Assembly (NCBI GenBank): GCA_037142195.1
Contig: JBAXBA010000090.1
Coordinates: 1 to 13,650, forward strand
Reading direction: 5' to 3'
Length of the DNA: 13,650 bases
DNA from: Pseudomonadota bacterium
GTDB lineage: Bacteria > Bdellovibrionota_B > Oligoflexia > Oligoflexales > CAIMVM01
This document shows positions 7,616-13,650 of this stretch, piece by piece. Every line of letters starts with the position of its first letter. Position 1 is the stretch's first letter. A program made the position numbers and the translations under genes. Below the pieces are notes generated by a model. The model searched no databases. It worked only from the letters and a program-made list of their open reading frames with translations, and was not told the DNA's origin.

Positions 7616-9514
7616 TCACCATATAAAAAAGATCGCAATGAATAGAACGACAGCGCCCACAAGGATCACAATGGAACCTTGCATATCTCCCGTTTGAATG
7701 CTTCGAAGTTCAGAAGCTGTGCTCTGAGCCAAAAGCTTCAAACCCTCTGCCACACGTTGAACCACAAATTCAAAAAGTGCGCTTAAAGCCCCGCCTAATC
7801 TTAGAATAGGCCGCACGATTAAGGCTCCATAGAGCTCATCCACATAGAATTTCCCCTCTAGAAGCTTTTTGCCCATGGGAAAATCGCTCGACTTCGCAAA
7901 AAGAACGAGACCGATGGTAAGACCCAAAAGTGAGACTCCAGTCGCCACTAACGTAGCCCCTAACTCTCCTAAAAATCCGAACTCACCAATTTCCTTTGCT
8001 TGTAATAAAGGGCTTAGCCAATGTTCCAAATAAGCGGGAACATGAACTCCCAGAATCTCCCCGAGCCCCTCCGGAAAGCTGAAGAATCCTGCCACTGCCG
8101 AGAGAACCGCTAAGATCACGAGCGGAGTGGTCATAATGGCCTTCGACTCATGGGGAACGACAGAGGAGCGAAGGGTGCCAAAGAAAGTCATCTTCATAAG
8201 GCGAGTCGTATAAATGCCTGTAAGAAGGGCTCCGAACAAACCACCTAACCAGAGATAGGTAGCACCACCTGGAAGAGAATGGGCGGCAAACAAAATGGCG
8301 TCTTTAGAGAAAAAGCCAGAAAGTAGCGGAAGCCCCATGAGAGCCCCTGCTCCCACCATCATCGTAGCGTAGGTTTTAGGAAGTTTAAGCCTAAGGCCGC
8401 CCATCTTCCGCATATCCTGCTCGCCTTCCATCGCATGAATGACAGAGCCAGAACCTAAGAACAGTAGAGCTTTAAAGAAGGCATGGGTCATCAAGTGGAA
8501 GATCGCTGTTTTGTAGGCGCCCACACCAACGGCGATAAACATAAAACCCAGCTGAGATATCGTCGAATAGGCCAGAACCTTTTTAATATCATTTTGCTGA
8601 AGGGCAATGAAGCCACCTAGGAGAACGGTAATTCCCCCGACATTGGCAATCACAAACAAAATGTCAGGCGACAGAGAGAACATAAAGCCCATACGCACTA
8701 TGAGATAGACTCCCGCTGTAACCATGGTGGCAGCATGTATCAAAGCGGAAACAGGAGTAGGGCCTGCCATGGCATCAGGAAGCCAAACAAACAAAGGAAA
8801 CTGGGCTGACTTGCCCGTAGCTCCGAGGAATAAAAGAAGACAAGCAATCTGAAGCACCTGAGGGTTGGCAGCAGCCACAAGTCCTGCCATACCCGACAAG
8901 CTTAAAGTGCTGAAGTACCAAAGAAGAATAAAAAGCCCCATCACAAAGCACACATCACCGACGCGATTGACTATAAAGGCCTTTTGGGCAGCGGCGCAGT
9001 TAGCTTCCTGATCATACCAATAACCAATGAGCAGGAACGAGCAAAGCCCCACCCCTTCCCAACCAAAAAATAAAAATAAGAGATTGTCGGAGAGAACTAA
9101 CATCAGCATGGAAAAACAAAATAAATTTAAATAGGCAAAAAAACGTCCCACACCTTCTTCATGCTCCATATACCCCATGGAGTAAACATGAATCAAACTG
9201 CCTACTCCTGATATAATCAACACCATGACGATGGAAAGGCGGTCCAGCACCAAATCAAGACTTACTTTAAAGACACCGACATTGAGCCATTCATAGGCCT
9301 TGGTAACGATCACTTCCCCTTGAATCAGATGTCCCAGAGCCACAAGGCCTAGAACAAATACGCCCCCGATGGATACACTGGCGGTTATCCCGGCTAAGGT
9401 TCTCGGGACTTTCTGAATCCCCCCCGCTGCCAAAGGATAAAGCACCGCATTCAGAAGAAATCCTATGAGGGGCAGAGCAAGCAGCCAAAGTGGCAAATAG
9501 CTAGTATGTTCCAT
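7616..9514 (-). CDS. nuoL: NADH-quinone oxidoreductase subunit L
   Basis: 632 aa; motifs IHVYSMGYM, GWEGVGLCSFLLIG, KAFIVNRVGD, GKSAQFPL.VWLPDAMAGPTPVSALIHAATMVTAGVYL, HLMTHAFFKALLFL and QDMRKMGGL. Confidence 0.98.
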   Translation of the reverse strand: MEHTSYLPLWLLALPLIGFLLNAVLYPLAAGGIQKVPRTLAGITASVSIGGVFVLGLVALGHLIQGEVIVTKAYEWLNVGVFKVSLDLVLDRLSIVMVLIISGVGSLIHVYSMGYMEHEEGVGRFFAYLNLFCFSMLMLVLSDNLLFLFFGWEGVGLCSFLLIGYWYDQEANCAAAQKAFIVNRVGDVCFVMGLFILLWYFSTLSLSGMAGLVAAANPQVLQIACLLLFLGATGKSAQFPLFVWLPDAMAGPTPVSALIHAATMVTAGVYLIVRMGFMFSLSPDILFVIANVGGITVLLGGFIALQQNDIKKVLAYSTISQLGFMFIAVGVGAYKTAIFHLMTHAFFKALLFLGSGSVIHAMEGEQDMRKMGGLRLKLPKTYATMMVGAGALMGLPLLSGFFSKDAILFAAHSLPGGATYLWLGGLFGALLTGIYTTRLMKMTFFGTLRSSVVPHESKAIMTTPLVILAVLSAVAGFFSFPEGLGEILGVHVPAYLEHWLSPLLQAKEIGEFGFLGELGATLVATGVSLLGLTIGLVLFAKSSDFPMGKKLLEGKFYVDELYGALIVRPILRLGGALSALFEFVVQRVAEGLKLLAQSTASELRSIQTGDMQGSIVILVGAVVLFIAIFFIW

Positions 9515-9517
9515 GGA

Positions 9518-9820
9518 CTACCCCTTCAGATTTTTGAAACGATCGGTACTGGCAGAACCGAAGTTTCTAAATACGTTAACTAAAATGGAAAGACCTACTG
9601 CCGACTCTGCCGCAGCAATAGTGATAATAAAGAAAAGCTGAAGTTGTCCATCGAGCTGCCCGAGCTCCCTTGAAAACGTAACAAAGGACAGATTCACTCC
9701 ATTCAGCATCAGTTCGATACCCATGAGAAGTAAAATGGTATTTCGGCGATTCATCATCACAAAAAGTCCCATACAAAACAAAAATGCAGATAAGCCATGA
9801 AGAAATAACGGCGTACTCAT
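9518..9820 (-). CDS. nuoK: NADH-quinone oxidoreductase subunit K
   Basis: 100 aa with three hydrophobic segments; RRN, IELMLN and AAAESAVGL contain the two conserved glutamates. Confidence 0.97.
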   Translation of the reverse strand: MSTPLFLHGLSAFLFCMGLFVMMNRRNTILLLMGIELMLNGVNLSFVTFSRELGQLDGQLQLFFIITIAAAESAVGLSILVNVFRNFGSASTDRFKNLKG

Positions 9821-9821
9821 G

Positions 9822-10346
9822 TTAATCCACCTTTCTCTTAGCTAGAGTTAAGGCGGCCATAATCGCCACTAAGATCAATAGGGAAACTACTTCAAATTGA
9901 AAAAAGTATTTGGAAAAAAGAAGCCCTGAAACCGCTTCAAGATTTCCCCCTAACTCTTTAATTCGCTCCAAAGTAAACTCACCCATGGAAGGCCTACCTT
10001 CAAAACTCTCAAAGTGCTTAAACCCTTGAAAAAGAGCGTAGAAAGCTCCCCCTGCTATCGCACCCGTGAGCCACGTCTTAGCATTTCGAAAATCCACTTC
10101 CGGTACAGACTCATTCATGTTCAAAAGCATGATGGAAAAGATAAACAGCACCATAATGGCACCGGCATAAACTAAAACTTGAAGCGCGGCCACAAAGTGG
10201 GCCCCAATAACCCCGTAAATAGCTCCGAGAGCCACCATAAGACCCACCAAAGAAAGGGCCGAAGTAATGGGGCTGCTGCTTATAGCCATAGACACTGCAA
10301 GGGACGCAACGATGACACCTAAAATTAAAATCAGAGGATCAACCAC
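9822..10346 (-). CDS. nuoJ: NADH-quinone oxidoreductase subunit J
   Basis: 174 aa; motifs QVLVYAGAIMVLFIF..MLL and Y..FE..SLLILVA. GTG start with GGAGGT RBS, overlapping the nuoI stop. Confidence 0.96.
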   Translation of the reverse strand: MVDPLILILGVIVASLAVSMAISSSPITSALSLVGLMVALGAIYGVIGAHFVAALQVLVYAGAIMVLFIFSIMLLNMNESVPEVDFRNAKTWLTGAIAGGAFYALFQGFKHFESFEGRPSMGEFTLERIKELGGNLEAVSGLLFSKYFFQFEVVSLLILVAIMAALTLAKRKVD

Positions 10347-10836
10347 GATCTTTTACCTCCCGAACCAAAAACTTAAGATCATACTGCGCTTCCTCACGGG
10401 TCAAGGTCGCCATTTCATAGGACCTAGAAAGCTTAATGGCATCTTTAGGACAAGCCTCTTCACAAAAACCACAGAAACAGCAACGAAGTGCATCAATATC
10501 AAAACTAAGAGGCCTTTTTTCTTTTTTAACGCCGTATTCACTGGTCGCCGCATCTCTCTCTCCGGCAACAATCGTAATGCAATCAGCTGGGCATACAGTT
10601 TGGCAGAGGTAGCAAGCAGTACAGTTTTCTGTTTTTTTCGAATCTACAGAAATAAAGTGAGCTCCCCTAAAACGCTGAGAATACTCTCGCCTCTTTTCGG
10701 GATATTCGATGGTCACAATACCTTTACCAAAAAGCGACCGTAGCATTTGCTTCATGGTGACTACAAGGCCCTGAGCAAGGGCGACTAAATAAAAACGGTC
10801 TGATATTTTCTCATGGCGCGCCACGACAATCGTCAT
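10339..10836 (-). CDS. nuoI: NADH-quinone oxidoreductase subunit I
   Basis: TIEYPE...RFRG.H and two 4Fe-4S motifs, CTACYLCQTVCP and CCFCGFCEEACP. Confidence 0.97.
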   Translation of the reverse strand: MTIVVARHEKISDRFYLVALAQGLVVTMKQMLRSLFGKGIVTIEYPEKRREYSQRFRGAHFISVDSKKTENCTACYLCQTVCPADCITIVAGERDAATSEYGVKKEKRPLSFDIDALRCCFCGFCEEACPKDAIKLSRSYEMATLTREEAQYDLKFLVREVKDRG

Positions 10837-10838
10837 AA

Positions 10839-11972
10839 TCAGCCCCCTATCAAATAAATGGCTATGGCGGTAAACACTAAATTAACGAGGCCTATAGGTA
10901 GAAGAATTCTCCAGCCCAAATTCATGAGCTGATCAAAGCGAAAACGCGGCACGGTCCACCGGACCCAGATATAGAAAAAGAGCATAAAGCCAAGCTTCAT
11001 GAGAAAGCTACCCACTCCCATGAAAGTCTTTAAATTATGAAGCCCCAAAGCTTCTAAGTGGAAAACTTGAGAGAGGTAGACAGCGACCGTTTCCATCCCA
11101 GGAAGAAGTCCGTATCCGCCCAAAAATAAAGTTACAAAAAGAGCGGCCGCCATCGACATCGCAACGTATTCCGCAAAGAAAAACATCGCAAACTTAGTGG
11201 AGCCATATTCCACATGGTAGCCAGCAACTAACTCAGCATCCCCTTCGGGAAGGTCAAAAGGCATACGATTGGTTTCTGCAAAAATACCAATCAAAAAAAT
11301 CATCGCTGCTAATGGATTTACAAAAAGTCCCCACCTTGGCAGAATTCCAAAAAGAGATTCCCCTTGCCAGGCAACCATTTGATTCATATCTACGGTACCG
11401 TAAATCAAAAACATCGCGATGAGTGCGAGGCCCATGGCAATTTCATAAGAAATCATTTGGCTAGCACCCCGCAGGGCACCCAGCACAGCATACTTATTGT
11501 TGGAGGCCCATCCCGCTAACATAATGGGATACACTTCCAGACCGGCAAAAGCTAAAGCAGCAAGAATTCCAATATTTAAATGGGACAATTGGAGGTTGGT
11601 TTCATACTCCCCAAACAGAACCGTACCCCCAAAAGGAATGGCGGCAAAGGCAGCAAGGGGTGCCACGGCAGCAATCATCGGTGCCAAATTGTAGTAGAAT
11701 TTATTGGCTGTTCCTGGAACAAAGGGCTCTTTGGCAAAAAACTTAAGAACATCAGCCAGGGCTTGCAAAAGCCCCAGAGGTCCTACGCGATTGGGGCCCA
11801 TTCGCCCTTGTATCATCGCAGAGCCACGTCGTTCCAGCCACACCATAATAGGCACAAGTCCTGGGCCGATGATTAAAATAAAAATGAGTTTCAAAAGGAG
11901 CGCGATAAAATCATAAGACTGCACATAGGCCCAAAGAGATGAAAGAGACCAAATAAAATCACTTGATTCCAA
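10839..11972 (-). CDS. nuoH: NADH-quinone oxidoreductase subunit H
   Basis: Motifs ERR...QGRMGPNRVGPLGLLQ.LAD..K...KE, GALR..SQMISYE, AETNR.PFDLPE...ELVAGYHVEY and PRFRFDQLM.LGW. TTG start with GGAGG RBS, overlapping the end of nuoG by 14 nt. Confidence 0.98.
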   Translation of the reverse strand: MESSDFIWSLSSLWAYVQSYDFIALLLKLIFILIIGPGLVPIMVWLERRGSAMIQGRMGPNRVGPLGLLQALADVLKFFAKEPFVPGTANKFYYNLAPMIAAVAPLAAFAAIPFGGTVLFGEYETNLQLSHLNIGILAALAFAGLEVYPIMLAGWASNNKYAVLGALRGASQMISYEIAMGLALIAMFLIYGTVDMNQMVAWQGESLFGILPRWGLFVNPLAAMIFLIGIFAETNRMPFDLPEGDAELVAGYHVEYGSTKFAMFFFAEYVAMSMAAALFVTLFLGGYGLLPGMETVAVYLSQVFHLEALGLHNLKTFMGVGSFLMKLGFMLFFYIWVRWTVPRFRFDQLMNLGWRILLPIGLVNLVFTAIAIYLIGG

Positions 11973-13449
11973 GATCAGCCTCCCTTCTCGTTACTACAAA
12001 TAGACCTTCTAAAACGCGAGTCACCGAAGCCGAGCTGCCTTTCGCTTTTACAGCCGCCACAAACTTCTGAGTGTTCCCTGCTGAATTGATGTAGGTACCC
12101 GATTTTTCAACCGTGGCTAATCCCGGAAGCACACCATCAAATCGCTCCACTTCATCTTTAGAAAAGACCCCCCAACCATATTCTTTGGTGGCAAGCTTAG
12201 GAGGGATTCCAGCTCTACCGCCCCGGAAGTAAATCCCTAAATCATAGGCGAGAGATCCACTCGCCTCGCCGCTTCGAGATAGCGGGGTAAGCCCCAAGGA
12301 TTCCGCACCTTTGGTATTAGATGTTTGATCCAAGCGGCGTAGAACGTCATCTAAAGCCTTATCATCTGCCGAGGTTTGAACGCCACTGGTGCCATTATAA
12401 AAGCGAACATCAAATACAGAATTTCTAACCAGACTTTTGAGAGTCATGATTTCCTTCATCTCTTCCAAAGTCGCATCGGTACCAATGACCAAGAGAATGC
12501 GAGCTGCGCGCTCGAGTTCTTTTACAAAACTAGGCACCAAGGTTTCCCAATTTGTAGCTATGAGATGATTGTTTACCTTTAAAAGTGGCTCTACGATGCG
12601 CTGGGGATTTTCATAGGTATGAAATGACACCCGGCCGGAATCGCAAATCCAGTGTCCATTCACCTCGTCATTGCGCCTAGCACGATAGCGATAAATAGTA
12701 TCTTTTTCTTCATCCGCCCATACCGCACATCCCTTAGAACAGCCATCACATAAAGTGGGGCGTGGCTTTAAAAACCAAACCCTCTTTTGAAATCTAAAAT
12801 CATTAAACGTGATCGCACCCACGGGGCAGATGTCGGCGATATTGCCTTGATACTCACTGACCACGCCAAGATCTTCCGCACTGACCAGCTCTTTTTTCCA
12901 TCCGCGATTGAGCATCGTCAACTCGTGGGTTTTGGTGACGTCGTCAGTAAAGCGTACACAACGCTCACAGTGAATGCAGCGATTCATATTCAATGTCAAT
13001 TTATCAGAAAGCTTCTTGGTCGTAGATTTTGTCCAGGTACGTTTTTGCTCGTGAAACTCTGAAGTTCGAGGGCCATATTCGTAGTTATAATTTTGAAGAG
13101 AGCACTCGCCCGCTTGGTCGCAAACGGGACAGTCCAGGGGGTGGTTGGCCAAAAGAAATTCCATCACCCCTTCTCGGCTCTTTTTCACTTTATTGCTCTG
13201 GGTATGAACGATCATCCCATCGGTACAAGGCGTAGAACAGGAGGTCATAAGCTTAGGAGCCTTTTCCACTTCAACGGTACACATACGACAGGTCCCGGCT
13301 ACAGGAAGTCCTGGATGATAGCAAAACCTGGGAATAGTACCATCAAGGGCTGCCTTTTCTGCAGCCTTCATAATCGTGTCCCCTGGAAGAAAAGACACAA
13401 CACGTCCGTCAATGGTGATTGTGGGTTGAGCTGGTGCTTCTGCCGTCAT
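11959..13449 (-). CDS. nuoG: NADH-quinone oxidoreductase subunit G (short form)
   Basis: Fe-S motifs: N1b CYHPGL..AGTCRMC...C, N5 HPLDCPVCDQAGEC, N4 CIHCERC...CPVGA and N7-type CDGCSKGC...WICD. AGGAG RBS; directly upstream of nuoH. Confidence 0.94.
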   Translation of the reverse strand: MTAEAPAQPTITIDGRVVSFLPGDTIMKAAEKAALDGTIPRFCYHPGLPVAGTCRMCTVEVEKAPKLMTSCSTPCTDGMIVHTQSNKVKKSREGVMEFLLANHPLDCPVCDQAGECSLQNYNYEYGPRTSEFHEQKRTWTKSTTKKLSDKLTLNMNRCIHCERCVRFTDDVTKTHELTMLNRGWKKELVSAEDLGVVSEYQGNIADICPVGAITFNDFRFQKRVWFLKPRPTLCDGCSKGCAVWADEEKDTIYRYRARRNDEVNGHWICDSGRVSFHTYENPQRIVEPLLKVNNHLIATNWETLVPSFVKELERAARILLVIGTDATLEEMKEIMTLKSLVRNSVFDVRFYNGTSGVQTSADDKALDDVLRRLDQTSNTKGAESLGLTPLSRSGEASGSLAYDLGIYFRGGRAGIPPKLATKEYGWGVFSKDEVERFDGVLPGLATVEKSGTYINSAGNTQKFVAAVKAKGSSASVTRVLEGLFVVTRREADLGIK

Positions 13450-13553
13450 TACATCTCCTGCACGTTGAAAACGTCAAATAAGTGCGATTCACGAGAAGAA
13501 AATTCGCCGCTTGCGCCTTTTTCTCGGTCTAAAAAATAAGTAGGTCGATCCAT
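13449..13553 (-). CDS. Putative 34-aa small ORF/leader peptide coupled to nuoG (MDRPTYFLDREKGASGEFSSRESHLFDVFNVQEM)
   Basis: GAGGAG RBS (13561-13566) 7 nt upstream of ATG 13553; 34 open codons; its TAA overlaps the nuoG ATG (TAATG). Below the ORF-track length cutoff. No recognised homology. Confidence 0.5.
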   Translation of the reverse strand: MDRPTYFLDREKGASGEFSSRESHLFDVFNVQEM

Positions 13554-13592
13554 TTCAAAACTCCTCAACAAAACTCTTGCAAATGCCGCACT

Positions 13593-13650
13593 CTTAAAAC
13601 CTATTTCTCAAAACCTATTTCTCAAAACCTATTTCTCAAAACCTATTTCT
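13593..13650. repeat. 14-bp tandem repeat (CTCAAAACCTATTT)n, at least 4 copies, truncated by the window edge
   Basis: Perfect units at 13607-13620, 13621-13634 and 13635-13648; a one-mismatch unit CTTAAAACCTATTT at 13593-13606; a further unit begins at 13649. Confidence 0.95.

Noticed and set aside
7612..7662. Track start of nuoM at 7662
   Set aside because: It would overlap nuoL by 47 nt; ATG 7611 directly after the nuoL stop gives a typical NuoM N-terminus.
4622..9820. Mrp antiporter or hydrogenase membrane arm instead of Nuo
   Set aside because: Gene order G-H-I-J-K-L-M-N and the subunit-specific motifs match complex I, and the conserved charged residues in K, L, M and N are present.
5763..13539. 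Short alternative-frame and antisense ORFs overlapping nuo genes (e.g. 5763-6056, 5992-6291, 10267-10743, 13093-13539)
   Set aside because: They lie wholly or largely within well-conserved nuo coding sequences and carry no recognisable motifs.
13593..13650. CRISPR array interpretation of the terminal repeats
   Set aside because: The units are 14 bp, directly adjacent with no unique spacers, and there are no cas genes in the window.

Overview
Bacterial chromosomal window with three blocks. (1) 1-2489, minus strand: the 5' part (at least 829 aa, running off the left edge, so missing from the ORF track) of a predicted surface lipoprotein adhesin. It has a lipobox (ILG-C21), seven ~102-104 aa cadherin/Ig-like 'VNDAP' repeats each with a Cys pair, and the start of an FG-GAP-type beta-propeller region. 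(2) ~2550-4550: a small accessory islet. A HEPN gene of the HI0074 type (nucleotidyltransferase substrate-binding family) is broken by an in-frame amber codon and has no cognate nucleotidyltransferase gene nearby. It lies convergent with an AAA_14/DUF4143-type ATPase. (3) 4622-13449, minus strand: an intact, tightly coupled complex I operon nuoG-H-I-J-K-L-M-N. nuoG is short (496 aa) and is not preceded by nuoF. Instead it is preceded by an unannotated 34-codon ORF with a strong RBS and a TAATG overlap, and by a 14-bp tandem repeat array that runs off the right edge. Family assignments come from motif recognition by eye; no database searches were run.
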